A stretch of 64,000 bases of DNA, taken from positions 9,261-73,260 of the forward strand of contig JAGFIR010000015.1 of NCBI GenBank assembly GCA_024103415.1, written 5' to 3'. Shown piece after piece: positions 19,046 to 28,884 of this stretch. The notes under the pieces are model-generated. The model saw nothing but the letters and a program-made list of their open reading frames with translations. It was not told the DNA's origin and did not search any database. A program made the translations under genes and the position numbers. This DNA is from Acidimicrobiales bacterium. GTDB taxonomy: Bacteria > Actinomycetota > Acidimicrobiia > Spongiisociales > ZC4RG35. Position 1 is the first letter of the stretch. Every line of letters begins with the position of its first letter.

Positions 19046-19256
19046 TGTACCTGGTACCGGGTACTTGGTACTCGGACGAATGGCCGCGTGCGGGTCGGAT
19101 TTCTCCCCCACGGAACGGCAGTGGAGTGGGGGAGAACCCGCAGGAGGCGGGGAGGGGGCGCGAGCGAAGCGAGCTGGAGAATCGCCCGGGGCAAGGGACG
19201 TCTGACCCGTCGGCGGCGTCAGGTCGCGATCCAAATACCAGGTACCAGGTACAGCG
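19045..19256. repeat. MITE-like composite element: 24-bp terminal inverted repeats (CTGTACCTGGTACCGGGTACTTGG / CCAAATACCAGGTACCAGGTACAG, 22/24 match) enclosing a REP-like hairpin (19097-19139) and a G-rich tract
   Basis: Seen directly in sequence. It occupies almost the whole 239-bp gap between convergent genes. The internal hairpin TTCTCCCCCAC-N14-GTGGGGGAGAA matches the copies at 401-443 and 63268-63299. Confidence 0.4.
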
Positions 19257-19264
19257 AGCGTCAG

Positions 19265-20674
19265 CTAGCCGACGGCGCCGGCGGCGGCCATGTTGAGCTC
19301 GATGAGACGGTTCATCTCGACCGCGTATTCCATCGGGAGCTCCTTGACGATGGGCTCGATGAACCCGGCCACCACCATCGACGTCGCCTGGTCCTCGGTG
19401 AGGCCGCGGGACATCAGATAGAAGAGCTGGTCCTCGCCCACCTTCGACACGGTCGCCTCATGACCCATCTGGGCGTCGTTCTCCTCCACCTCCATGTACG
19501 GGTAGGTGTCGGAGCGGCTGTTCTCGTCGAGGATCAGGGCGTCGCAGCGCACCATGCTCCGGGCGTTCTCGGCGCCGGGCTCGACCCGGACCAGACCGCG
19601 GTAGCCGGAGCGGCCACCGCCCTTGGAGATCGACTTGGAGACGATCGTCGAGGTGGTGTCCGGGGCGACGTGGACCATCTTGGCCCCGGCGTCCTGGTGC
19701 TGGCCCTCGCCCGCGAAGGCGATGGAGAGGACCTCACCGTGGGCGCCCGGCTCCATGAGCCAGACCGCCGGGTACTTCATGGTGAGACGGCTGCCGAGGT
19801 TGCCGTCGACCCACTCCATGGTGGCGTTGCGGTATGCGACCGCACGCTTGGTCACCAGGTTGAAGACGTTGTTCGACCAGTTCTGGATGGTCGTGTACCG
19901 GCAGCGGCCGTTCTCCTTGACGATGATCTCGACCACCGCGGCGTGGAGGGAGTCCGTGGTGTACACCGGAGCGGAGCAGCCCTCGACGTAGTGCACGTAG
20001 GCGCCCTCGTCCACGATGATCAGCGTCCGCTCGAACTGGCCCATGTTCTCGGAGTTGATCCGGAAGTAGGCCTGCAACGGCTGGTCGACGTGGACGCCCG
20101 GCGGGACGTAGATGAAGGAGCCACCCGACCACACCGCCGAGTTGAGCGCAGCGAACTTGTTGTCGTTGGGCGGGATGACCGTCCCGAAGTACTCCTTGAC
20201 GAGCTCGGGGTACTCCCGGACGGCGGTGTCCATGTCACAGAAGAGGACACCCAACTCCTCGAGGTCCTCCCGGTTGCGGTGGTAGACGACCTCGGACTCG
20301 TACTGGGCGGTGACGCCGGCGAGGAACTTTCGCTCGGCCTGGGGAATGCCGAGCTTCTCGTAGGTCTCCTTGATGGACTCGGGGACCATGTCCCAGTCCT
20401 TGGCCTGCTCGGTGGCCGGCTTGACGTAGTAGTAGATGTCGTCGAAGTCGATCTCGTTGAGCAGGCCGCCGCCGCCCCACTGCGGCATCGGCTTGGCGAG
20501 GAAGCGCTTGTAGGCCTTGAGACGGAACTCGAGCATCCACTCGGGCTCGCCCTTCATAGCCGACATCTCACGGATGACGTCCTCATCCAGACCCTTGCGC
20601 GGCTCGAAGGCCAGCTCGACTTCGTCGTGCCAGCCGAGCTGGTAGCCGCCCAGATCGATGTCGACAGTTGCCAT
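19265..20674 (-). CDS. sufB: Fe-S cluster assembly protein SufB
   Basis: 469 aa from [23 protein letters not shown]... The highly conserved C-terminal half matches SufB. No sufC, sufD or sufS adjacent. Confidence 0.9.
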   Translation of the reverse strand: MATVDIDLGGYQLGWHDEVELAFEPRKGLDEDVIREMSAMKGEPEWMLEFRLKAYKRFLAKPMPQWGGGGLLNEIDFDDIYYYVKPATEQAKDWDMVPESIKETYEKLGIPQAERKFLAGVTAQYESEVVYHRNREDLEELGVLFCDMDTAVREYPELVKEYFGTVIPPNDNKFAALNSAVWSGGSFIYVPPGVHVDQPLQAYFRINSENMGQFERTLIIVDEGAYVHYVEGCSAPVYTTDSLHAAVVEIIVKENGRCRYTTIQNWSNNVFNLVTKRAVAYRNATMEWVDGNLGSRLTMKYPAVWLMEPGAHGEVLSIAFAGEGQHQDAGAKMVHVAPDTTSTIVSKSISKGGGRSGYRGLVRVEPGAENARSMVRCDALILDENSRSDTYPYMEVEENDAQMGHEATVSKVGEDQLFYLMSRGLTEDQATSMVVAGFIEPIVKELPMEYAVEMNRLIELNMAAAGAVG

Positions 20675-20791
20675 CAAATCACCCCTGTTTCGAAGATCCG
20701 AAGACCTGCCCGAAGGCAATTTCCACCATCGAGGTAGTCGTATCCTACCCCCGCCCCCGGGGCATCCGAAAGGCGGCGTTAAGGTCGGACG

Positions 20792-21226
20792 ATGCCCATG
20801 ATCGTCGTTGGCGCCGACACCCCGACCGGGCGTCTCATCCTGGACGGGCTGTCGCGGCAGGGCGAGGTCAGGGTGTTCGTCACCGACATCGACTCCGCCC
20901 AGAGCCTCCGGGAGAGCGGGGTCAAGGTTGCCCTCGGCGACGTCTCCGATGACTCCCATGTCGAGATGGCCTCGTTCGGCTGCTTCTCGGCGGTCCTGAT
21001 CATGGAGGCCGCCACCGACGACCGGGTCCGATCGTTCGCCAGAGATCCTGCAGCCGTGTTCGAGGGCTGGGCCCGGGCCGTGTCCACGGCGCACGTCCAG
21101 CGGGTCATCTGGGTGGGCGACAGGACCCCGCCCGAGACCGGGGCGCCAGAAGTCGCTGTCGTCGATCCGGCATCACGCGACGTCGCCGCACAGGTGGCGG
21201 CACTCGACGACGCTCAGCGGATATAG
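20792..21226 (+). CDS. Small NAD(P)-binding-domain protein (NmrA/TrkA-N-like), hypothetical
   Basis: 144 aa. N-terminal [18 protein letters not shown] Rossmann-like GxxGxxG. High GC3. Confidence 0.5.
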   Translation: MPMIVVGADTPTGRLILDGLSRQGEVRVFVTDIDSAQSLRESGVKVALGDVSDDSHVEMASFGCFSAVLIMEAATDDRVRSFARDPAAVFEGWARAVSTAHVQRVIWVGDRTPPETGAPEVAVVDPASRDVAAQVAALDDAQRI

Positions 21227-21798
21227 GCGGCCGTGATGGTGTGCTCCTCGGGCGGGATGAGAGCCCGCTCGAGGGCGTCTCTCAGATAGGGGTAGGGGTT
21301 GAGGGCCCTGCCGTGACGGTGCAACTCGAAGTGAGTGTGGGCCGAGCCGCCCTCGGCGTTGCCCGAGTCACCGACCCACCCCAGGAGCTGGCCGGCGACC
21401 ACTTCCGCGCCCACGTAGATCCCCGGCGCAACTGTGAGAAACCAGGGAGCCCTCCCGTCGTTGGTGTTCGGGTTGTCGTTGTTGAGGTGCATGTAATAGG
21501 TCTCCCAGCCGTCGGCGTGGGTCACCGTCACGTAACGGCCGGCCCGGCCACTCGAGGTGACCCGGGTGACCACCCCGTCGGCGGCGACATAGACCTCGGT
21601 CATCTTCGGAGCCATGAGATCGGTGCCGCGATGACGGCGGCCTCCCGACCGGGCCGCACCCCAGCTGTTGCTGAACCCCGTGACCTCGGCCTCCTGGGGG
21701 AAGGTGAGCTCGAAACCGTCTGCGGCGTTCGCAGAAGAGGCCGGGAGAAACCCGAGCACGGAGAGAACGACTGCGACGGTGAGGAGACGAATGAGCAC
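21214..21798 (-). CDS. Secreted peptidase M23 (LytM-domain) protein
   Basis: Signal peptide MLIRLLTVAVVLSVLGFLPASSANA. HxxxD (HRGTD), GDSGN and AHTHFELH motifs. Confidence 0.8.
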   Translation of the reverse strand: MLIRLLTVAVVLSVLGFLPASSANAADGFELTFPQEAEVTGFSNSWGAARSGGRRHRGTDLMAPKMTEVYVAADGVVTRVTSSGRAGRYVTVTHADGWETYYMHLNNDNPNTNDGRAPWFLTVAPGIYVGAEVVAGQLLGWVGDSGNAEGGSAHTHFELHRHGRALNPYPYLRDALERALIPPEEHTITAAYIR

Positions 21799-21933
21799 GG
21801 AGAAGGACCTGGCGTGCGGGCGGGAGAGAGCAGATCCCCACCCTTTGTCGAGGGCAGGCTAAGCCCGGTTTTCGCGATAGGTCAAAACCGCGAGCTTCGC
21901 CCCCGCCGGCCGATGGGATATCGTCACCTGGCA

Positions 21934-23256
21934 ATGACCTCGCCCAACCCCGTCCCCCCGGCCACTGGCAAACTGGGTGTTCTCACCCCCGGAATGGGTG
22001 CCGTGGCCACCACCTTCTACGCCGGCGTCCTTGCCGCACGGAAGGGATACGCCCAGCCTTTCGGCTCCCTCACCCAGATGGGCCACATCCGTCTCGGCAA
22101 GCGGACCGACGACCGCAACCCCCGAATCAACGAGTTCGTCCCGCTCGCCGGCCTGGAAGATCTCGAGTTCGGTGGCTGGGACGCCTTCTCCGATGACGCC
22201 TACACCGCGGCCATGAAGGCCGGCGTGCTCGACGCCCGTCACCTGGAGGGGATCGGCGAGGAGCTTCGCGCCATCGTTCCGATGAAGGCCGTGTTCTCGC
22301 CGAAGTGGGTGAAGAACCTGCCCGGTGTCGACCACGTCAAGGACGAAGGCACCCACATGGACCACGCCGAAGCCCTGATGGAGGACATCGACCGGTTCCG
22401 CTCCGAGAAGCAGGTGGACCGGCTCGTGGCCGTCTGGTGCGGCTCGACCGAAGCCTATGAGGACCCGGCCCCGGTCCACATGGACCTCGACACCTTCGAG
22501 GCCGGCCTCAAGGACAACGATCCCCGGATCACGCCGTCACAGGTCTACGCCTACGCCCTGCTCAAGATGGGCGTTCCCTTCGCCAACGGCGCCCCGAACC
22601 TGACGGTGGACATCCCCGCCATGGAGCACCTCGCCATCCAGCAGGGCGTCCCGATCGCGGGCAAGGACTTCAAGACCGGCCAGACACTGATGAAGACGAT
22701 CGTCGCTCCCGGCCTCCGTGCCCGGATGCTGGGGATCAACGGCTGGTTCTCCACCAACATCCTCGGGAACCGCGACGGCGAGGTTCTCGACGACCCGGAG
22801 AGCTTCCGGTCGAAGGAGGTGTCCAAGCTCGGCGTGCTGGAGACGATCCTCCAACCCGACCTGCACCCCGACCTGTACGGGGACCTCCACCACGTGGTCC
22901 GGATCAACTACTACCCGCCCAAGGGGGACGACAAGGAGGGGTGGGACCACATCGACATCTTCGGGTGGCTGGGTTACAAGATGCAGATCAAGATCGACTT
23001 CCTCTGTAAGGACTCGATCCTGGCCGCACCGATCGTCCTCGACCTCGCCCTGTTCATGGATCTGGCGGCGCGGGCCGGGAAGTCCGGGATCCAGGAGTGG
23101 CTGTCGTTCTACTTCAAGAGCCCCCACACCGCCGCCGGGCTCAATCCCGAGCACGACCTGTTCGTCCAGGCCTCGAAGCTCCACAACAACCTGCGCCACA
23201 TGATGGGCGAGGAACTGATCACCCACCTGGGCACCGAGTACTACGAAGAGCCCTGA
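21934..23256 (+). CDS. ino1: Inositol-3-phosphate synthase (myo-inositol-1-phosphate synthase, Thermotoga/archaeal type)
   Basis: N-terminal NAD-binding motif VLTPGMGAVATTFYAGVLAARKG, recalled to align with a Thermotoga-type MIPS motif (LILGQGYVASTFVAGLEKLRKG). Protein is about 440 aa. Start ATG at 21934 confirmed in frame. Confidence 0.65.
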   Translation: MTSPNPVPPATGKLGVLTPGMGAVATTFYAGVLAARKGYAQPFGSLTQMGHIRLGKRTDDRNPRINEFVPLAGLEDLEFGGWDAFSDDAYTAAMKAGVLDARHLEGIGEELRAIVPMKAVFSPKWVKNLPGVDHVKDEGTHMDHAEALMEDIDRFRSEKQVDRLVAVWCGSTEAYEDPAPVHMDLDTFEAGLKDNDPRITPSQVYAYALLKMGVPFANGAPNLTVDIPAMEHLAIQQGVPIAGKDFKTGQTLMKTIVAPGLRARMLGINGWFSTNILGNRDGEVLDDPESFRSKEVSKLGVLETILQPDLHPDLYGDLHHVVRINYYPPKGDDKEGWDHIDIFGWLGYKMQIKIDFLCKDSILAAPIVLDLALFMDLAARAGKSGIQEWLSFYFKSPHTAAGLNPEHDLFVQASKLHNNLRHMMGEELITHLGTEYYEEP

Positions 23257-23260
23257 GAGG

Positions 23261-23662
23261 ATGGACGGCCTCGAGGTCGCCGGTCACCTGATACCGGACT
23301 TCGAGCTCGAGGAGAGGTTCGAGACCTGGGGCGGCCCGGGCGGGCAGCACGCCAACCGGTCCGAGACCGCCGTGGTGCTCCGCTTCGACATCCCGGCGTC
23401 ATCCCTCCCGGACGACCTGAAGGATCGCCTGGTGTCGCGGCTGGGGGAGGTTGTCGAGATCCGCGCCGCCGACCACCGCTCCCAGAGCAGGAACCGGGTG
23501 CTGGCCAGGGAACGGCTGGCGGAAAGGCTCCGTGAGGCAGCCCGACCCCGGAGGCGACGGCGGCCCACCCGCCCGACCAGGGCGTCCAGGGAGCGTCGGC
23601 GCAAGGACAAGGCGGCACGATCGGAGCGAAAGCGTCTGAGACGCCGGCCCGACGATTACTGA
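23261..23662 (+). CDS. arfB: Alternative ribosome-rescue factor ArfB (peptidyl-tRNA hydrolase, GGQ motif)
   Basis: 133 aa. GGPGGQHANRSETAVVLRFDI plus an extremely basic C-terminal tail (RPRRRRRPTRPTRASRERRRKDK...). Confidence 0.85.
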   Translation: MDGLEVAGHLIPDFELEERFETWGGPGGQHANRSETAVVLRFDIPASSLPDDLKDRLVSRLGEVVEIRAADHRSQSRNRVLARERLAERLREAARPRRRRRPTRPTRASRERRRKDKAARSERKRLRRRPDDY

Positions 23663-23703
23663 GGCATTTCCCGAGACCCGATCCAGCCCTATCCTCGTTT
23701 CCC

Positions 23704-24351
23704 ATGCCCGAGATGACCCCGGAACGCTGGCAATGGCTGAACCGTTATGCCCGGTCGGTCTTCGGTGACCCCGACGAACAACTGGCCACCCTGGTGGACC
23801 GGGCCACCGATGCAGGCCTTCCTTCGATAGCGGTCAGCCCGGACGTGGGGCGTCTCCTCCAGATCCTGGCCGCCTCCACTCCCGGCCGACTCGCCCTGGA
23901 GCTCGGGACCCTCGGTGGCTACTCGGGCATCTGGATCGCCAGGGGTCTCGCCCCCGACGGGAAGCTCATCACCGTCGAGCTCGAGCCCAAGCATGCCGAC
24001 TTCGCCGAGGCCGAGTTCGCCTCGGCCGGTCTCGCCGATCGGGTCGAGGTGCGCCGGGGAGCGGCCCTCGAGGTGCTGGAGACCCTGGCCGAAGAGCTCG
24101 AGGAAGGGACCGTCGACTTCGTCTTCCTCGACGCGGTCAAGACCGAGTACCCGGACTACTTCCGCGCGATCAAGCCGCTTATGGCGCCCGGGGCGATCCT
24201 GGTGGCCGACAACGTCTACGGGACCGGCCAGGGGTGGATCGACGAGGGTTACGGGACCGACGAATTCAACCGGTTGATCGCAGCCGACCCCGACTTCCTG
24301 GCAACGGCCGTGGCGATGCGGGAGGGTGTCCTCATCGCGAGGCGCATGTGA
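23704..24351 (+). CDS. Class I SAM-dependent O-methyltransferase, family 3 (caffeoyl-CoA OMT-like)
   Basis: 215 aa. SAM-binding LELGTLGGYSG, VFLDA, and ADNV motifs. Confidence 0.8.
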   Translation: MPEMTPERWQWLNRYARSVFGDPDEQLATLVDRATDAGLPSIAVSPDVGRLLQILAASTPGRLALELGTLGGYSGIWIARGLAPDGKLITVELEPKHADFAEAEFASAGLADRVEVRRGAALEVLETLAEELEEGTVDFVFLDAVKTEYPDYFRAIKPLMAPGAILVADNVYGTGQGWIDEGYGTDEFNRLIAADPDFLATAVAMREGVLIARRM

Positions 24352-25808
24352 GCACCACCCGCTCACCGGAGACCTCCGGGATCATCGACTACAGCCGCAA
24401 GTGGCTGGTTATGGCCGCCGTCGTCGCGGGCATCCTCCTGGCGACCATCGACTCGTCGATCGTCAACATCGCCTTCCCCACCCTGGTCCAGGACCTGGGC
24501 ACCACTTTCAACGTGATCCAGTGGGTGTCCCTCGCCTATCTGCTCACCAACGCCACGTTCACGCTCGGCGTCGGCCGTCTCGGTGACGTCGTCGGGAAGA
24601 AGAAGCTCTACGTGCTGGGCTTCGCCATCTTCACGGTCGCATCGGTGCTCTGTGGCATCAGCCCCACCGTGGGATGGCTCATCGGCTTCCGTGTGATGCA
24701 GGCGCTGGGGGCGGTCCTGATCATGGCCCTCGGCTCGGCCATCCTCGTCGAAGCCTTCCCTCCGCACGAGCGCGGCAAGGCCCTCGGTTACGTGGGCTCG
24801 GCCGTGTCGGTGGGCATCATCACGGGCCCGGCCCTGGGCGGACTGATCATCTCCGGGTTCGGCTGGCGTCCGATCTTCCTCGTCAACCTGCCCATCGGGA
24901 TCATCGGAACCTGGCTTGCCATCCGGAACGTCCCCGACACCTCCCCCGTGCCCGGGCAACGCTTCGACGTCCCGGGTACCATCCTGCTCAGCCTCGCACT
25001 CCTCTCCCTGTCGGGTGCGGTGACCCTCGGCCAGGATCTCGGCTTCACCTCCGCCCCGATCGTGGCCGCCTTCGCCGCCTTCGTCGTCCTGGTGGCAGCG
25101 TTCATCCGGGTGGAACTTCGCAGTCCGTCACCGATGATCCAGCTGCGTCTGTTCAGCAACCCGATGCTGTCGGTCAGCGTCCTTTCGGGATTCCTGGCCT
25201 TCGTGTGCCTGTCGGTGACCTTCCTGCTCATGCCCTTCTATCTCGAGGACATCGTCGGCCTACAGGTCGGGTTCGTCGGGCTGTTGCTCGGGGTCCAGCC
25301 TCTCGTGATGGGGCTGGTCTCCCCCGTCTCCGGATCCCTCTCCGACCGCATCGGCATCCGGCGGCTGACACTGATCGGTCTGGCGATCGTCCTGGTGGCT
25401 CTGCTGGTGTTCCGGTCGTTCGATGCCGACACCACACCGGCGCAGTTCCTCCTCTTCGCCATCCCCCTCGGGTTGGGTCTGGGGATCTTCCAGTCGCCCA
25501 ACAACTCGGCGATCATGGGCTCGGTGCCGCCCTCCTACATGGGTCTCGGCGGCGGGATCATGACTCTCACCCGGCTCCTGGGCATCACGACGGGCGTGGC
25601 CGTCCTCGGTTCGCTCTGGGCCGCCAACGTCGCCACGCAGCTCGGCGGCTCACTCCCCCCGGGTGGAGCCACCGACGCTCCTGCCTGGGCCCAGGTCGAG
25701 GCGCTCCACACCACGATGACCGTGGCCGCGGCCATCATCGGGCTCACGCTGCTGATCGGGGTCTGGGGCCTCCGACAGGAGGGGCGTCTCAGGTCAACCG
25801 CCGGCTAG
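24348..25808 (+). CDS. MFS transporter, DHA2 (EmrB/QacA) family, 14 TMS
   Basis: GTG start overlaps the OMT stop (ATGTGA). Motifs GRLGDVVGKKKLYV and LGAVLIMALG typical of DHA2 drug:H+ antiporters. Confidence 0.8.
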   Translation: MSTTRSPETSGIIDYSRKWLVMAAVVAGILLATIDSSIVNIAFPTLVQDLGTTFNVIQWVSLAYLLTNATFTLGVGRLGDVVGKKKLYVLGFAIFTVASVLCGISPTVGWLIGFRVMQALGAVLIMALGSAILVEAFPPHERGKALGYVGSAVSVGIITGPALGGLIISGFGWRPIFLVNLPIGIIGTWLAIRNVPDTSPVPGQRFDVPGTILLSLALLSLSGAVTLGQDLGFTSAPIVAAFAAFVVLVAAFIRVELRSPSPMIQLRLFSNPMLSVSVLSGFLAFVCLSVTFLLMPFYLEDIVGLQVGFVGLLLGVQPLVMGLVSPVSGSLSDRIGIRRLTLIGLAIVLVALLVFRSFDADTTPAQFLLFAIPLGLGLGIFQSPNNSAIMGSVPPSYMGLGGGIMTLTRLLGITTGVAVLGSLWAANVATQLGGSLPPGGATDAPAWAQVEALHTTMTVAAAIIGLTLLIGVWGLRQEGRLRSTAG

Positions 25809-27008
25809 GCGGCGGGCGGCCGCCCGGTCGGGCTTGCCCAATCCGGCCCTCGGGATCCGATCAACGCGAGTCCAGCGCTTGGGCACGTGGTGTCCTGGCA
25901 CCCGTTCCCTGAGCCACTCCGAGAGCTCGTCGGGTGTGGCGTCACCGGTGTAAAGGCACACGGCGATGGCGCCCCACTCCTCGTCGGGGATGCCGACCAC
26001 GACGACGTCTCCGGCCCCCGGATGACCTTGGAGGGCGCTCTCGATGACCTGTGGGTTCACGTTCTCACCGCCGGAGACGATGACGGCATCGGACCTGCCG
26101 AGCACCCGGACCGCCCCCTCCCGGTCGATCTCCCCCCGATCGTTGGTCACGAACCAGCGGTCGGAGCGATCGGGCTCCCCGGCGTATCCCGGCGACACCT
26201 GAGCGCCCGCCAGGGCGATACGGCCGTCCGGCTCGATCCGCATCTCGATGCCCGGCAGGGGATGCGCCCGCCGTTCCGGTAGGGAGCCCGGCCGCAGTGT
26301 GGCCACCTGCCCGAAGGTCTCGGTCATCCCGTAGCTGGGCAGCGCAGGGATTCCGGCTGCAGCCGCCCTCTCCAGGAGGCCGTCGGGAATAGGCCCCCCG
26401 CCCAGGACCACCGCCCGGAGATCCCGGTAGGGGCCCGGGTCGTGATCGAGGGTCCGCAACAGCATGGTGGGCACCATCGACACCATGGTGACCCCGCCGC
26501 GCATGGCGGTGGCCGCGGCCTTCGGGCTGAAACCTTCCTGGAGCTCCACCGAACCGCCGGCGAACGCCGACCTCACCAGGATCGAGAGACCGGCCACGTG
26601 ATGCAAGGGCAGGCAGAGGAGCCAGCGGTCCTGGGGGCCGTGGCCCAGATGCCTCAACGAGGCCCTGGCGGCAGCCTCCAGATTGGCCATGGTCAACCGG
26701 ACACCCTTGGGTGAGCCACCGGACCCCGAGGTGAACACGATTAACCGCGCTTCGCCCGTGGTGCTCGGTGCCTGGTACTTGATACCTGGAACGTCCGGCC
26801 TGTCGGGCGGAATCACTGTGATCCCCGCGCCGGAGAGACCGGCGAGGATCGAGAAGACCGACGCGGGACGCAGTGACGGCTCGTGGACGACCCAGTCTGC
26901 GGAGATCCGGGTCTCGACCTCGGCGAGTGTCTCCCCGTAGGTCCAGATGCGATCGCCGAACACGAGAAACGGATCGGACACGGGATGTCGGGCGAGCCAC
27001 TCGAGCAC
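25794..27008 (-). CDS. menE: O-succinylbenzoate-CoA ligase-like AMP-dependent synthetase (short MenE type)
   Basis: 404 aa. AMP-binding motif TSGSGGSPKGV and YGMTET. Divergently adjacent to menB-menA. Confidence 0.65.
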   Translation of the reverse strand: MLEWLARHPVSDPFLVFGDRIWTYGETLAEVETRISADWVVHEPSLRPASVFSILAGLSGAGITVIPPDRPDVPGIKYQAPSTTGEARLIVFTSGSGGSPKGVRLTMANLEAAARASLRHLGHGPQDRWLLCLPLHHVAGLSILVRSAFAGGSVELQEGFSPKAAATAMRGGVTMVSMVPTMLLRTLDHDPGPYRDLRAVVLGGGPIPDGLLERAAAAGIPALPSYGMTETFGQVATLRPGSLPERRAHPLPGIEMRIEPDGRIALAGAQVSPGYAGEPDRSDRWFVTNDRGEIDREGAVRVLGRSDAVIVSGGENVNPQVIESALQGHPGAGDVVVVGIPDEEWGAIAVCLYTGDATPDELSEWLRERVPGHHVPKRWTRVDRIPRAGLGKPDRAAARRLAGG

Positions 27009-27025
27009 GACCCGATTGTGCCGCG

Positions 27026-27952
27026 ATGTGTGCCCATACGCTCACGGCTTATCCTCCCCTCGTGGTTTCCGAGATCTTCGACCCGACGGCCTGGGACCCC
27101 GTTCCCGGCTTCGACTTCACCGACATCACCTATCACCGCGCCAGGGACGCCGGTGTCGTCCGCATCGCATTCGATCGACCCGAGGTGCGCAATGCCTTCC
27201 GCCCGCACACGGTCGACGAGCTGTACCGGGCGCTGGACCACGCCCGTCAGACCACCGACGTCGGGTGTGTGCTGCTCACGGGCAACGGCCCCTCCCCCAA
27301 GGACGGCGGCTGGGCGTTCTGCTCCGGCGGCGACCAGCGAATCCGGGGCAAGGACGGCTACAAGTATGAGGGCGAGGAAGGCGTCGACCCGGCACGGGTC
27401 GGTCGTCTCCACATCCTCGAGGTGCAGCGGCTCATCCGCTTCATGCCCAAGGTCGTCATCGCCGTCGTGCCCGGCTGGGCGGTGGGCGGCGGGCACAGCC
27501 TGCACGTGGTCTGTGACCTGACCATCGCCTCCGAGGAGCACGCCATCTTCAAGCAGACCGACGCCGACGTCGCCTCGTTCGACGCAGGCTACGGGTCGGC
27601 CTACCTGGCCCGCCAGGTAGGTCAGAAGAAGGCGCGCGAGATCTTCTTCCTGGGTCTCGACTACTCGGCGCGCGATGCCGAGGCCATGGGCATGGTCAAT
27701 GCCGTCGTCCCACACGCCGACCTGGAGAAGGTCGCACTGGAGTGGGGACGGATCATCTGCGGCAAGTCCCCCATGGCCCAGCGCATGCTCAAGTTCGCCT
27801 TCAACCTCATCGACGACGGCCTGGTCGGTCAGCAGGTCTTCGCGGGCGAGGCGACCCGACTCGGCTACATGACCGAGGAAGCCCAGGAGGGCAGGGATTC
27901 GTTCCTCGAGAAGCGCGACGCCGACTACGGCCGATTCCCCTGGCACTATTGA
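27026..27952 (+). CDS. menB: 1,4-dihydroxy-2-naphthoyl-CoA synthase
   Basis: 308 aa. DITYHRARDAGVVRIAFDRPEVRNAFRPHTVDELYRALDHAR...NGPSPKDGGWAFCSGGDQRIRG, near-identical to the recalled actinobacterial MenB. ATG at 27026 verified in frame. Confidence 0.9.
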   Translation: MCAHTLTAYPPLVVSEIFDPTAWDPVPGFDFTDITYHRARDAGVVRIAFDRPEVRNAFRPHTVDELYRALDHARQTTDVGCVLLTGNGPSPKDGGWAFCSGGDQRIRGKDGYKYEGEEGVDPARVGRLHILEVQRLIRFMPKVVIAVVPGWAVGGGHSLHVVCDLTIASEEHAIFKQTDADVASFDAGYGSAYLARQVGQKKAREIFFLGLDYSARDAEAMGMVNAVVPHADLEKVALEWGRIICGKSPMAQRMLKFAFNLIDDGLVGQQVFAGEATRLGYMTEEAQEGRDSFLEKRDADYGRFPWHY

Positions 27953-27956
27953 CACG

Positions 27957-28841
27957 GTGAACCGGTTCCAGGCGTGGAAGACCGCGGCACGGCCCCACAC
28001 GCTCCCGGCGGCGATCGCACCGGTCGTCGCGGCGGCGGGTCTCGCCCGGGCCGACGGGGTTTTCCGATGGGATGCGTTCGTCTGGGCCCTGGTGGCGGCG
28101 CTGGCCATTCAGGTGGCGGCCAACTTCGCCAATGACGTCTCGGACGCGGCACGTGGCGCCGACACGCCAGACCGGCTGGGCCCGCCGCGGATGGTGGCCG
28201 AAGGTGTGATCCCGGCCCGTCAGATGTGGGTTGCCACCTGGGCTGCGGTGGCCGTGGGCGCGTTGGCCGCCGTTCAATTGCTCCTCATCGCCGGCCCGGT
28301 GGTGATCGTGATCGGCGTGGCCTCGGTCGTGGCCATGCTGGGCTACGTGGGCGGCCCGCTCCCCTATGGATACCGGGGTCTGGGCGAGATCTTCGTGTTC
28401 CTCTTCTTCGGCCTGGTCGCCACCGTCGGCGCCCGCTACGTCCACGACGGCAACGCACCGCTGTCGGCGTGGCTGGCGGCCATCCCCATCGGGTTCGTCG
28501 CCTCGGCGATCCTGGTCGCCAACAACCTCCGTGACATCGACACCGATGCCGCCGCCGGAAAGAAGACCCTCGCCGTGATCCTCGGATCCGACTGGACACG
28601 GGTCCTCTACGGAATCCTCATGGTGTCCGCGTTCGCCCTCGTGGCGGTCTTCGCCATCGCCGACCGCATGCCCCGGGGAGCCATCGTCGCCGTGCCGTTC
28701 GGCCTCATGGCGGTCCGGCCGATCCGCCGGGTCCTCGAGGGTATCGAAGGACGCAGCCTGGTCGCCGTGCTTCGCAGCACCGCCCGCGTCCATCTCGCGC
28801 TGGGCCTCGCCATCGGCGTCGGAGCGGCGATCTGGCACTGA
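27957..28841 (+). CDS. menA: 1,4-dihydroxy-2-naphthoate polyprenyltransferase
   Basis: 294 aa UbiA-family membrane protein. NDVSD Asp-rich motif and ANNLRDIDTD second motif. Confidence 0.85.
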   Translation: MNRFQAWKTAARPHTLPAAIAPVVAAAGLARADGVFRWDAFVWALVAALAIQVAANFANDVSDAARGADTPDRLGPPRMVAEGVIPARQMWVATWAAVAVGALAAVQLLLIAGPVVIVIGVASVVAMLGYVGGPLPYGYRGLGEIFVFLFFGLVATVGARYVHDGNAPLSAWLAAIPIGFVASAILVANNLRDIDTDAAAGKKTLAVILGSDWTRVLYGILMVSAFALVAVFAIADRMPRGAIVAVPFGLMAVRPIRRVLEGIEGRSLVAVLRSTARVHLALGLAIGVGAAIWH

Positions 28842-28884
28842 GGGTGGGAACCGGAGACCCACCGGGGCCCGTCCAACCAGCGAC

